The notes beneath the pieces were generated by a model. The model saw only the letters and a program-made list of their open reading frames with translations, was not told where the DNA came from and made no database searches. Shown here in pieces: positions 7,966 through 16,576 of a stretch of 64,000 nt of DNA. The position numbers and the translations under genes were made by a program. The stretch spans positions 186,001 to 250,000 of the IMG/VR virus record IMGVR_UViG_3300027770_000025. One strand, 5' to 3'. Within the stretch, counting starts at the first letter, position 1, and each line of letters opens with the position of its first letter.

Positions 7966-9528
7966 TTATGGTTTAAGTGTGGTGAATTCGCCTTTAATGA
8001 AATTGATATGCTGAGCTTTACCGTCATGATGAATTATAACGTGTGATTGAAGCCATCCGCTAGGTCCGATATTATAATTAACCCTTAGCTTAGTTGATGT
8101 ACCTACTGCAAGTGCTCCGTCTTTTCTACCCGGTGAGTGATAGTGACCGACTACTATTTTAGTATTAAGTTTTCTGAATTGTACTAAGGATCCTCTGGTT
8201 CCGCTAGAACCAATATCTCCATGTTGGCCTAATTCCCAGCCATTGATTACCAAGCTATCGCTTCTGCCTAGAGTTTTGTACTTGGGGTATTTAGCGTTTA
8301 TTAAATAAGGTATAACACCGTTTGGAGCCACACCTTTAAGTAGCAATGCACTGTATTCCATATACTCTATGGAATTTTTCATGGTCGAAGCCTTTCTCCA
8401 ATCAGTTCCTTTTAGCCATCTATCCAAAAAATCATCATGATTACTTCTAACAATTACCACGTTATATTCTTCAAAGCTTTTTAATCCATCAAGCATGGCA
8501 TCAACTTCACTCTTAAGAGAATTAGTTCCGTCTAATTCTCTTTGATATTGTATGAAAGGATCTTTTGATTCGTGGTGGTTAATAGAAAGCCCATCAAATA
8601 CATCATGAAGAACTACGTGTTCCGGTTTTAGATTCTTGAATAGATCAAGTGTTTTTAAAATGACCCTTTCGTCATGCTGGCCGTAGTGAATATCTCCTAA
8701 TATAGCAGCTGCAATCGAATCAATCTTAGAAACTTCCCCTTCCTCAACTTTATAGTATAAATCGCAGAAATCCCCATCTTCGGTAGCTGTAACCTGTCTG
8801 GCAAAGAATGTATTTGCATCTTTAATTTCCACTACAACAAAACCTAATGTGTGATGAAATTCACCTTTCTTTCCTGATTTTGAATCGGTGTAGTTTTTAA
8901 GGGTACATGCTCCAGTGGTCATCATCATCTTAGGAAGATTTCCTTCGAGTACAGGAATTGTTTCCATATGAACTCTTGGTGATCCAAAGACGCAAGAATT
9001 AATTCCACTCATACCTTGTAGTCCTGTCATTGGATCTACTGCAGTAGGTTGAATCTTGACATCTGACATGATCCACATATGTTTATGAACCTCATGACGA
9101 TTGGCATCAAGATATATTGCTATTCTATTTGACCATTCGTCATAACTTCTGTCAGAGAAAACTGAAGTTGGATTTTTATATCTTCCTGCAATGACGTGAA
9201 TGTCTGCATCTATCTCTTTGGCGTAAGCCTCTATGTTCATTATAAAATCCTCATGAACTGGAGTATCGTTCTGTGCCCAAGTAATTATAAATTTCTTTTT
9301 CTTCTTGTCAAATTTTCTTTCCTTGGCCTTTATGTACTGTGGTGACTCTGTTAGTGCTTTTTCTGTTATGCCTAATTTAGAAATCCATTTTTGTATTGTC
9401 CTTTCGGATTTTCCTATAAGATCACTTAGGGTTTTCATTCTCTGATCCCATGTTAAATCTCTGTTCCAGTAAATATCCGACATTTTAGATATTTGCTCGT
9501 CGTTTAATTCTTCAAACTTCATTAGCAA
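7966..9528 (-). CDS. T5 A1-like protein (metallophosphoesterase-fold nuclease)
   Basis: FIITWAQN, TGACTLKNY..SKSGKKGEFHH, LGDIH, HDVFD, SNHDDFL, HGD.G..G.RGS, GHYHSP and GWLQSH match phage T5 A1 motifs as recalled. Confidence 0.75.
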   Translation of the reverse strand: MLMKFEELNDEQISKMSDIYWNRDLTWDQRMKTLSDLIGKSERTIQKWISKLGITEKALTESPQYIKAKERKFDKKKKKFIITWAQNDTPVHEDFIMNIEAYAKEIDADIHVIAGRYKNPTSVFSDRSYDEWSNRIAIYLDANRHEVHKHMWIMSDVKIQPTAVDPMTGLQGMSGINSCVFGSPRVHMETIPVLEGNLPKMMMTTGACTLKNYTDSKSGKKGEFHHTLGFVVVEIKDANTFFARQVTATEDGDFCDLYYKVEEGEVSKIDSIAAAILGDIHYGQHDERVILKTLDLFKNLKPEHVVLHDVFDGLSINHHESKDPFIQYQRELDGTNSLKSEVDAMLDGLKSFEEYNVVIVRSNHDDFLDRWLKGTDWRKASTMKNSIEYMEYSALLLKGVAPNGVIPYLINAKYPKYKTLGRSDSLVINGWELGQHGDIGSSGTRGSLVQFRKLNTKIVVGHYHSPGRKDGALAVGTSTKLRVNYNIGPSGWLQSHVIIHHDGKAQHINFIKGEFTTLKP

Positions 9529-9557
9529 GTGTTAAGTTTATTATTAGCAAGTGTTAA
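9521..9557. repeat. 15-nt direct repeat ATTAGCAAGTGTTAA x2 with 22-nt period
   Basis: Copies at 9521-9535 and 9543-9557, at the start of the A1-like gene. Confidence 0.85.
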
Positions 9558-9621
9558 AGTTACTGGTTATTATATACTTTTTCCAATTAAAGGTTTCAAT
9601 TATATAAAAACGGATAAGCAG

Positions 9622-9900
9622 TTAAAAATTATAAGCTTTATCAGAAAATCTTTCTCCTGTAGCTCCTACTATATCATCATATATTTTAGACTCTTCCGCT
9701 TCTCTTTCCAGCTCCTCGAAGAACTCTTTTATATAAGTGCATTTTTCAAATTCCTCGGTAGACTCATAGTATACAAGAAGAGATTTTTTGATGCTTTCCC
9801 TCTTGGGGTATATTTTTGCTGACAATATGCTACCAACTCCATATTTTTTCATGGTAGCTATTGCATTTTCGAATACACCTCTATCTATTTTTTTTTCCAA
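9622..9900 (-). CDS. Hypothetical protein
   Basis: 92 aa ORF. Confidence 0.6.
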   Translation of the reverse strand: MEKKIDRGVFENAIATMKKYGVGSILSAKIYPKRESIKKSLLVYYESTEEFEKCTYIKEFFEELEREAEESKIYDDIVGATGERFSDKAYNF

Positions 9901-9906
9901 TTCTTA

Positions 9907-10095
9907 TTATATTGTTGTTGGATTATCTATCTCTTTTATTATGCTTAAAAGATGATTGCATTTTTCATAGTCCTCAAAATACTCAAGTAATTTTATGCAA
10001 TCTAATATTTTATCTTTATCCCGGATTCTTTCTCTTACTATCGCAGAATAGATTATTAGATTCTTGTTGTATATTTCCTTCTCATTATCTTTCAT
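9907..10095 (-). CDS. Hypothetical protein sharing a 'YFE.YEKC' type motif with its neighbour
   Basis: LEYFEDYEKC here versus YYESTEEFEKC in 9622..9900. Confidence 0.55.
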   Translation of the reverse strand: MKDNEKEIYNKNLIIYSAIVRERIRDKDKILDCIKLLEYFEDYEKCNHLLSIIKEIDNPTTI

Positions 10096-10172
10096 GAGAT
10101 CATCATCCTGATATTATTTAATTTACAAAAATTGTAGTATTTGCGAATAGCTAGGTTCAGCCTTTTATAAAC

Positions 10173-10207
10173 AAAAAACCCTCATGCTATATATTAACAT
10201 GAGGGGT
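10173..10207 (-). terminator. Rho-independent terminator
   Basis: CCCTCATG/CATGAGGG stem followed by a U-tract on the minus strand. Confidence 0.7.
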
Positions 10208-10226
10208 ATTTTAACTAGTTATTGTC

Positions 10227-10637
10227 TTAAGGAGCTACTCCAAAAATAACTTTTAGTGCAATAGCTAATATAGCTCCAAAAATAATCCAAAGAGCTTTAT
10301 TAACACCGCTTTGCCATTTCTTAAGAGAATCAACATCGATATTAAATTTCATATAATCTTCATATCTGTTTTCTTCAGCTAATCTAAATTTGGTATTCTC
10401 ATTAACCTTAACAATAACGCCAGATTCTGGATCAAGAAGCTTTTTCTTCATATCCGAAATATCATCCTTCATAGACCTTTGGTCTTTCTTAAGATCCTCC
10501 ATTGTTGTTTGCAGGTGTTTTAATTCACCATTCGGCATATTAGCTTTAAGATGATTTAGTTCATCTAAAATCTGCTTCATTAAAAACGTGCTTGTTATAT
10601 CTTTTTCTTCCATTGTCTTTCGGTTAATTTTGCCCAA
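10227..10637 (-). CDS. Coiled-coil protein with C-terminal TM helix (XhlA/holin-like architecture)
   Basis: Heptad-rich body; ALWIIFGAILAIALKVIFG at C-terminus. Confidence 0.55.
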   Translation of the reverse strand: MGKINRKTMEEKDITSTFLMKQILDELNHLKANMPNGELKHLQTTMEDLKKDQRSMKDDISDMKKKLLDPESGVIVKVNENTKFRLAEENRYEDYMKFNIDVDSLKKWQSGVNKALWIIFGAILAIALKVIFGVAP

Positions 10638-10698
10638 TTCCCAAAAGATAACTGATTATATATCCTGGAAGGTCTAAGATCTAAATGGTTTTTAAAAA

Positions 10699-10923
10699 TT
10701 ATCTGAGGGTTTTTCCCTGAGGATATTCAACGGTTATTCCAATTGAGAACTCACTGAATACCTCGAAAGCATCTTCCGATGCTTTTACGTAAAATACACC
10801 ATAGAAAGGCTCATCTTTTTCGCACACTTTATCCGTTATTATTTCACAATTGAAGTAGTTTATAAGGGAGCAAGCCTCTATATGAGATTTGGGATCGTGG
10901 GTTTTTACGTAAAATTCAACCAT
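10699..10923 (-). CDS. Hypothetical protein
   Basis: ORF track; coupled to neighbours. Confidence 0.55.
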   Translation of the reverse strand: MVEFYVKTHDPKSHIEACSLINYFNCEIITDKVCEKDEPFYGVFYVKASEDAFEVFSEFSIGITVEYPQGKTLR

Positions 10924-11207
10924 TATCTTTTCCCAGTTACTATTTCTGATATGATATTACCGTTCATTCTATAGTAATTTTCTTCAGAGTCCTTAACTAA
11001 CATTAATACCTGATCTATAGTACCCATTAATTTCATGCTCTTTTCCTCGAACACAAATTCAGAACCTAGATGGCTAACCTCTAAAGAGGCTCTACGAATC
11101 CATTTGGTTTGGTTCCTTCCGTAAAGATCCGCATAGTGTTTAAGCATTTCCTTACTGGGGGCTTTAAATGGGATTAATTCGGACTTTTTATTTTTATTAT
11201 CTTCCAT
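10923..11207 (-). CDS. Hypothetical protein
   Basis: ORF track; overlapping stop/start. Confidence 0.6.
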   Translation of the reverse strand: MEDNKNKKSELIPFKAPSKEMLKHYADLYGRNQTKWIRRASLEVSHLGSEFVFEEKSMKLMGTIDQVLMLVKDSEENYYRMNGNIISEIVTGKR

Positions 11208-11385
11208 AATAGATTGGGTTCTTTGTGAGTTCTTTAATGTCTATGTGTTTATTGTCTTTTAGCGAGCCTGCTATTTTTCTCATTTTATCACCCAATTCCA
11301 TGTTGTTTGGTGTTTCCTGTGTGATCATGAGAATTAAATCTTTCAAATCCTCGTAGTTTTTTGGTGTTTGTAGTTCATCATTCAT
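11197..11385 (-). CDS. Hypothetical protein
   Basis: ORF track. Confidence 0.55.
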   Translation of the reverse strand: MNDELQTPKNYEDLKDLILMITQETPNNMELGDKMRKIAGSLKDNKHIDIKELTKNPIYYGR

Positions 11386-11403
11386 TGTGAATTTAGTTAT
11401 TTT

Positions 11404-12189
11404 TTACATATTAGACTGCCTCAATATGCCTTTCTCGCTATTAAAGCAATGTAACGAAGTTATGTGCATAACAAAGTAACCAGGGGTAACATCTGACCAT
11501 CTTTCAGGATCTCTTTGTTTTAAGTTGTCTAACAACCACATAAGTTTTCTGCATGCCATATAAACATCGTCTCTAAAGTGTCTTATATAATCACATGATC
11601 TTATGTAATAAGTCATATGAATCCAATTTCCTCTCCTGATAAACTGATATCCCAAGGTGCATGGTACGCGTTCCCCGTGAACTGTTCCTGTATCTTCTGG
11701 AAACCAAATAGGTAAAAATGCTTGTCTAGTAAAAGGCTCTCTCTCCATAAGATCTACCACATCGCCAAAATCGCCATATTCATATCTAATACCTTCCATT
11801 TTACTATTAGGAACCTCTGAAGCAAATTTAGGCCAAATTCTTTCTGGGTATGTATGTGAGAATTTATCATGTCCTCCGAATTGAGCGTTATTTTTCTGAG
11901 CAAAAGGCCATCTAACATGCGATGGGGGAGGATTTAATGGTTGACCCCCTACTCTCTCACCAAAATGCTCATCTGCCCAAGGCAAATTTGGTCTGATCTC
12001 CGTTACTAATTCATCTATGGTGTGTGGCATAAAAAACTGGAAAGAATGATTCATACTTTCCCACATATCGTCAGGAGATTCTATCCCCTGCCATCTTTCT
12101 GTTTTAACAACATAACCGTGATTAAATAGTTCCTCCTTGGTCCATTTAATTGCTTCGCTTGGTTTATAAAAAGTTTTTATGCCTGCCAT
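11404..12189 (-). CDS. Thymidylate-synthase-fold enzyme, dCMP hydroxymethylase (T4 gp42)-like
   Basis: TRQA, catalytic PC, YQF, RSCDYIRHFRDD (T4 gp42 has RSNDVVFGFRND), HITSLHCF. Confidence 0.75.
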   Translation of the reverse strand: MAGIKTFYKPSEAIKWTKEELFNHGYVVKTERWQGIESPDDMWESMNHSFQFFMPHTIDELVTEIRPNLPWADEHFGERVGGQPLNPPPSHVRWPFAQKNNAQFGGHDKFSHTYPERIWPKFASEVPNSKMEGIRYEYGDFGDVVDLMEREPFTRQAFLPIWFPEDTGTVHGERVPCTLGYQFIRRGNWIHMTYYIRSCDYIRHFRDDVYMACRKLMWLLDNLKQRDPERWSDVTPGYFVMHITSLHCFNSEKGILRQSNM

Positions 12190-12235
12190 ATCCTAGTTTA
12201 TAGAAGTTTTAGAATAAAGTGAGAAATAAATTTCA

Positions 12236-12895
12236 CTATACATGTAAAATTACTGGTGAATTTTTAACCTCGTAATACAAATCAAGAATACTTGCATTTA
12301 CGTAGATTACGCCATCCTTTTCAACTACACCATCAGCCTCGTGGATATGGCCAAAAACATGAACCTTTAAATCAGAAAGGCCCTCTATTTTATTGGCTAA
12401 TTCAGGGCATCCAACTCTAAGACCAGATTTAGTAGCATCAAGGGTTAGATAAGGAGGTCCATGGGTTATTAAAATATTAGTGTCTACAGGAATAAGATCC
12501 CAGTGTTCGTTTATTTTCTCTTCAACTCTATTGAATGCCCAATTATGAAACCATGGGGTGACTGGACTACCCCAGAATTTTAAACCTTCCAATTCAACCC
12601 CACTGTCATTTAAGTATATTATTCCTGGTCCTATTCTATCCAGTATATCTTTTGCTGCCTCTGGCGAGTCTTCGAATAAAAAATCATGATTACCTGCAAT
12701 CATGATTTTATGTTTAAATGGTAATCCTGAATACCACTCTGTAAATTCTTCAACCTCCCACTTTCTTCCTCTATATGAAATATCACCCGCATGTACTATA
12801 ATAGCATCAGGATGGTTCCCGTATATCTCTTTAAGTTGAGCATCTATTTCATAGTGCTTGGTGTGGGTATCTGATATTAAAACTAAAGTTGGCAT
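12236..12895 (-). CDS. Calcineurin-like metallophosphoesterase (MPPED-like)
   Basis: ISDTH, HAGD, IAGNHD, ITHGPP, HVFGHIHE. Confidence 0.9.
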   Translation of the reverse strand: MPTLVLISDTHTKHYEIDAQLKEIYGNHPDAIIVHAGDISYRGRKWEVEEFTEWYSGLPFKHKIMIAGNHDFLFEDSPEAAKDILDRIGPGIIYLNDSGVELEGLKFWGSPVTPWFHNWAFNRVEEKINEHWDLIPVDTNILITHGPPYLTLDATKSGLRVGCPELANKIEGLSDLKVHVFGHIHEADGVVEKDGVIYVNASILDLYYEVKNSPVILHV

Positions 12896-12925
12896 CGGCT
12901 ATTATTTTCTTTAATGTTAATTGTT

Positions 12926-13240
12926 TTAATGATCTGCTTTGCTAGTGTCATTAGGATCCTTAGTAGATCCAGCTTCTATCGGCTTAGCATTAGCAGAAAC
13001 ATGTTCTCTGTTACAGGCATGAATAACTTTAATCTTAATAGTATCGTGGATGTAAATAACTTCCTGCTTAGGACAAACGTGTGATTCTTTTACCAATTCT
13101 TTACTATGTGATCCCAAAGAAGACTTTCTGGTCATAGCAATTATAACCCCGAATAATAACATCATAAATATTAATATTATAACAGAAATTGGGATTATCC
13201 CTATCCAGAATACGCCTCTAAAGTTATTTTTGTTTTTCAT
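12926..13240 (-). CDS. Membrane-anchored hypothetical protein
   Basis: N-terminal TM helix. Confidence 0.6.
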   Translation of the reverse strand: MKNKNNFRGVFWIGIIPISVIILIFMMLLFGVIIAMTRKSSLGSHSKELVKESHVCPKQEVIYIHDTIKIKVIHACNREHVSANAKPIEAGSTKDPNDTSKADH

Positions 13241-13646
13241 TTAGTTTTTTTATTATTGATTTAAGACTATGCTGAACGTTATTTTTATATTCATCCTCCA
13301 TCTGATTCCTTCTTTTTTCTACCTCCTCTATAAAAGTTTCGGTTAGCATCCTTTCTGATTTTTGTGAAAGGGGAACGTTATATCCATATACATGATTTAC
13401 TATTGATATCTGATTGTGGCCTAGTACTAAAAGCATAGACTTATCTCTAGTTCTTATATAATATTTTCCTGATAAAGGGGAGGTAAGAAGCTCCGACTCA
13501 GGATCCTTTAAAAGTTTTCTGAATATAGATGCGGTTTCTCTTTCGCTCTCTTCTATTTTGGAGCAATTTAACGGATTCATTATTCGATAAAATTTAATTC
13601 CTATTTTCTGTGTAATTCTTTTTAGCGTGTGAATTCTGTTGTCCAT
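13224..13646 (-). CDS. Hypothetical protein
   Basis: 140 aa ORF with an upstream TAnnTTTG box. Confidence 0.7.
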   Translation of the reverse strand: MDNRIHTLKRITQKIGIKFYRIMNPLNCSKIEESERETASIFRKLLKDPESELLTSPLSGKYYIRTRDKSMLLVLGHNQISIVNHVYGYNVPLSQKSERMLTETFIEEVEKRRNQMEDEYKNNVQHSLKSIIKKLNEKQK

Positions 13647-13684
13647 TTTTTTAATTTGTTGATTAGTACTTTTTTTATTTTATG

Positions 13685-13712
13685 CAAATTTATATAGCGA
13701 TCCCGAATAAAA
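13685..13712 (-). promoter_or_regulatory. Bacteroidota-type sigma-A promoter box TAAATTTG with upstream TTTTTATTCGGG element
   Basis: Minus strand TTTTTATTCGGG-N9-TAAATTTG. Confidence 0.6.
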
Positions 13713-13724
13713 AAAATATTTTCA

Positions 13725-13764
13725 CAAAAAAACCTGCTAATTTATGATATTAGCAGGTTTTTTT
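13725..13764 (-). terminator. Rho-independent terminator (bidirectional-looking)
   Basis: AAAAAACCTGCTAAT/ATTAGCAGGTTTTTT stem flanked by A and T tracts. Confidence 0.8.
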
Positions 13765-13783
13765 AATATAGTTTCGTTATAAA

Positions 13784-14095
13784 TTAGCTTAGAAGCATAT
13801 CGTTTCCTTTATCCTTTGACTTTCTCTCTTTTTTAACTGCAGTTTCTTTTTTAACTATCTTCGCCTTAACCTTCTTTACCACTTTTTGTTTTGCTGGTTT
13901 TTCTTTAACTTTGGTTTTTTCTAATTCTGGTGTAGGTGAAGGCACATTCTCTAATATAACAGGGTATTCATTTTTTGTAACCTCGGGTACTGTTACTTCT
14001 GGTTCTGTTACTGTTGATTCTTTTTTTCTGTTAAATAATAAATATCCGATGTAGGAAACTGCCAATAAGATTAATAAGACGATTAAGGTTTGCAT
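13784..14095 (-). CDS. Membrane-anchored protein with acidic then Lys-rich low-complexity tail
   Basis: N-terminal TM helix; VTEPEVTVPEVT; KKVVKKVKAK. Confidence 0.6.
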   Translation of the reverse strand: MQTLIVLLILLAVSYIGYLLFNRKKESTVTEPEVTVPEVTKNEYPVILENVPSPTPELEKTKVKEKPAKQKVVKKVKAKIVKKETAVKKERKSKDKGNDMLLS

Positions 14096-14148
14096 AAATT
14101 TAGTTTTTTAATTTGGTTATTATATATTGATTACGCTGATTTGTTTCA

Positions 14149-14183
14149 AAAAAAATCCTTGTCAATTAGATTAACAAGGATTT
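14149..14183 (-). terminator. Terminator immediately after tmRNA
   Basis: AAATCCTTGT/ACAAGGATTT stem plus U-tract. Confidence 0.75.
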
Positions 14184-14187
14184 CGTG

Positions 14188-14650
14188 TGGATCTGCAGGG
14201 AGTCGAACCCTGGTCTCCTTCAGTTAATACTAAGAATTCATTCACAGGCTTAGAAAGTTTTTTATAAACTTACAAACTAATCGGGTTTATGACACCAGCA
14301 AACATTTTGCTGTCTTTTAGTGACTTACAGCGTCAGTCAGAGAACTTATACTAACAGCGATCTTAAGGGTATTGATGTTATCTCAGGGTTACTGATCATA
14401 AGCTCTACTTTTTTGGTACTGTTAACCCTTTTTCCCAACGTCACATTTTTTTAAACGGAGTAAGTGAGACTCCGGAGGTTATGCAGCGTAAGCGTACTCA
14501 ACCTCAGTTACAGGAGTACCAAACGAGTTGATAGCGTCCCAAACTGATTTTTTGCCATTTATAGCTTTATATAGGTTATTAAAGTGTTTCCAATACTAAC
14601 ACTGCCTGCATTCAAAGAACTACGCCTGCGGATCAATTCCGGTCAGACCC
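14188..14650 (-). ncRNA. ssrA: tmRNA (~463 nt) with tag (A)GKKSVWDAINSFGTPVTEVEYAYAA
   Basis: 5' GGGTCTG pairs with 3' CAGATCC-A including G3:U70; T-arm CAGGG-TTCGACT-CCCTG; resume context ATAAAT-GGC; tag frame 14556..14479 ends YAYAA-stop. Confidence 0.92.
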
Positions 14651-14730
14651 ATTTATTATGTATCTATAGATTAAGATGGATTATTTGTTTCGCCTCCATA
14701 TAATTCTCCGCTCTTAATTAAAATTATTTG

Positions 14731-14799
14731 TTATTTTTCTTCTCTTAGTAGCCAAAGTGCAATAATGCAAAGGCATGTTACCAATAAAACTTCTACCAT
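14731..14799 (-). CDS. 22-aa hydrophobic peptide MVEVLLVTCLCIIALWLLREEK
   Basis: Hand translation; begins 4 nt after the SLT stop. Confidence 0.45.
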   Translation of the reverse strand: MVEVLLVTCLCIIALWLLREEK

Positions 14800-14802
14800 A
14801 AT

Positions 14803-15324
14803 TTATCTGACTTTATAATTATAAACATCAATTGCATATTGATTTACCATCGGCCTACCTGTATTATAAGCACCGAATACTAATTTCCAATCTCCATAAG
14901 TTTCATATAGATGTTTCAGTAATTTCATACTCGTTTCAATATTAAACCTTATGTCTGTTCTAAGATTGTTTCTATCGATGACTTTATCTTTCCACATCAT
15001 TCTAGCAGTTGCCGGCATTATTTGCATTGGTCCTACTGCTCCGGCACAACTTTCTTGACCCGGATTATATTTCCAATGAAATGGACCTTCATATCTCGTT
15101 TCCTTAAATGCTACGCCAAAAGCGTAGTCTCTTGGTATCCCGTACTGTTCGGAATATTTTTCAATGTAATAATACATTTGAAGGCAAGGCGGGGATTGAG
15201 AATTTATAGGATTTCCCCTTACTGCTATTTCTGCTTCGTTCTCTATCTCTTTAGTTTCGAAATAAAAGAAAGCCAGAATAGCTAGCATCATTGCACCCAA
15301 GAGTGTGTATATGCCTCTGAACAT
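14803..15324 (-). CDS. Lytic transglycosylase (SLT domain) with N-terminal membrane anchor
   Basis: FKET catalytic Glu, GAVGPMQIMPATA, AYNTG. Confidence 0.9.
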   Translation of the reverse strand: MFRGIYTLLGAMMLAILAFFYFETKEIENEAEIAVRGNPINSQSPPCLQMYYYIEKYSEQYGIPRDYAFGVAFKETRYEGPFHWKYNPGQESCAGAVGPMQIMPATARMMWKDKVIDRNNLRTDIRFNIETSMKLLKHLYETYGDWKLVFGAYNTGRPMVNQYAIDVYNYKVR

Positions 15325-15680
15325 TATTTAGATTTTTGAGCATTATAAATCTGATTAGCTCGTAGGTTAAAAATAATATCCATTACGTTTTTGTCATAAA
15401 GTTGATATGATCCAGATTTAATGTCCATTAGCATTAATTCATTATCTCCGCTCAGATAAACCTTAGTCTCCTCTCCTGTTTTTGCGGTCTGCATTTTGTG
15501 GGTTTTTAGAGTCGTCTCGTATCTATGATAGATCTCTGATGCTGCATAACCCGAGGCCATTGCAGTAAAAATGATAGCCACTTTGCCTAAATTGTTGAAG
15601 AATTTTTTCAGATTCTCAGTAAAGGTCTTGAAGTTAAAATTGTACTTTTCCATGTTTTTCTTTTTTAAAGATTTAAACAA
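15324..15680 (-). CDS. Membrane-anchored hypothetical protein
   Basis: Hydrophobic segment VAIIFTAMASGYAA; true start may be the ATG at 15653. Confidence 0.6.
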   Translation of the reverse strand: MFKSLKKKNMEKYNFNFKTFTENLKKFFNNLGKVAIIFTAMASGYAASEIYHRYETTLKTHKMQTAKTGEETKVYLSGDNELMLMDIKSGSYQLYDKNVMDIIFNLRANQIYNAQKSK

Positions 15681-15747
15681 ATGTAAGACCAGTACACGGG
15701 ATAAAAAAATTTTTCAGTGATTATTCACAGCATGGAAAAAAATAGAT

Positions 15748-16065
15748 TTAATACTGAAATCTTTGAACTTGATCTATACCGTTGTAATTAATCTCAGGAT
15801 TCGGTGACATTATAACAGAAATACCATCGGATAAATCATATATGCTCTCAATATAGCTTTGAACCTCATCCTTCTTTGATTTGTCTATACCTAGTTGATT
15901 GAGTGCGTCATTAGTAATCTGATCGACAGAATTCATAAAATTTCCGCTATCATGAAAGTTGAAGTATTTTTCATATTTTTTTAGCCAGTTTCTAATCTCT
16001 GCTTGTTGTTCAGGATTAAGATCTAAGTCGTCCATATAGTCGGAGAATTCTAGTATTTTTTTCAT
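15748..16065 (-). CDS. Hypothetical protein (N-term MKKILEFSDY)
   Basis: ORF; GATATATA at 16070-16077. Confidence 0.7.
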   Translation of the reverse strand: MKKILEFSDYMDDLDLNPEQQAEIRNWLKKYEKYFNFHDSGNFMNSVDQITNDALNQLGIDKSKKDEVQSYIESIYDLSDGISVIMSPNPEINYNGIDQVQRFQY

Positions 16066-16067
16066 AC

Positions 16068-16077
16068 AATATATATC
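16068..16077. promoter_or_regulatory. Overlapping divergent RATATATA boxes (putative late promoter serving both strands)
   Basis: + strand AATATATA 16068-16075 and - strand GATATATA 16077-16070, between divergent ORFs. Confidence 0.5.
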
Positions 16078-16094
16078 ATCTAAATTACATTCAA

Positions 16095-16391
16095 ATGGAA
16101 GGCGAAGAACAATTACCAGGAGACGAGATATCTGCGGATAAGTCTCAATTAAATCAAGAAATAGGAAGAGAAGAAGGACAGGGATCTTGGGATCAGTTCG
16201 AGACGGAGCCAGAAGAAGATCCCAACACAGAGATTGAGACTGGGCAGGAAGAACCTGAAGTTATTGGAAATGATTCGGAAGAGGAAGAAGATCCAATAGA
16301 TTCGGAAGAGGAAGAAATAGAGCAAAAAAATACCCTGCAAGGCGAGCCAAACAGAGTATTATCATTTAAGGACTTCTCTAATAAAAATTAA
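16095..16391 (+). CDS. Highly acidic hypothetical protein
   Basis: E/D-rich; C-term RVLSFKDF. Confidence 0.65.
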   Translation: MEGEEQLPGDEISADKSQLNQEIGREEGQGSWDQFETEPEEDPNTEIETGQEEPEVIGNDSEEEEDPIDSEEEEIEQKNTLQGEPNRVLSFKDFSNKN

Positions 16392-16570
16392 TCCTCTGAA
16401 GTGCTCTTACCTAGATCTCTTCTAATTAGTCTTCTAACATAGTGAGATATTGATACCGGTGCATCGCCTTTAGCCAATGCGCTTTTAGCGATTTTTCTGC
16501 TAAGATCGGTTAAATCCTCTTCAGATAGAAGTACCTGTATCTTTTCTGTTTTTTCTTGTTGATTGCTCAT
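16388..16570 (-). CDS. Ribbon-helix-helix (CopG-like) DNA-binding protein
   Basis: KIQVLLSEEDL beta-strand/helix; SISHYVRRLIRRDL. Confidence 0.65.
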   Translation of the reverse strand: MSNQQEKTEKIQVLLSEEDLTDLSRKIAKSALAKGDAPVSISHYVRRLIRRDLGKSTSED

Positions 16571-16576
16571 ATTGTT

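Noticed and set aside
11404-12189. Ordinary thymidylate synthase (thyA)
   Set aside because: It lacks the PFN Asn and has Asp, as in dCMP-specific enzymes; ThyA activity is not excluded without an assay
14188-14220. Standalone tRNA
   Set aside because: Only a T-arm and the acceptor 3' strand are here; the partner strand is 430 nt away with a tag ORF in between, so it is tmRNA
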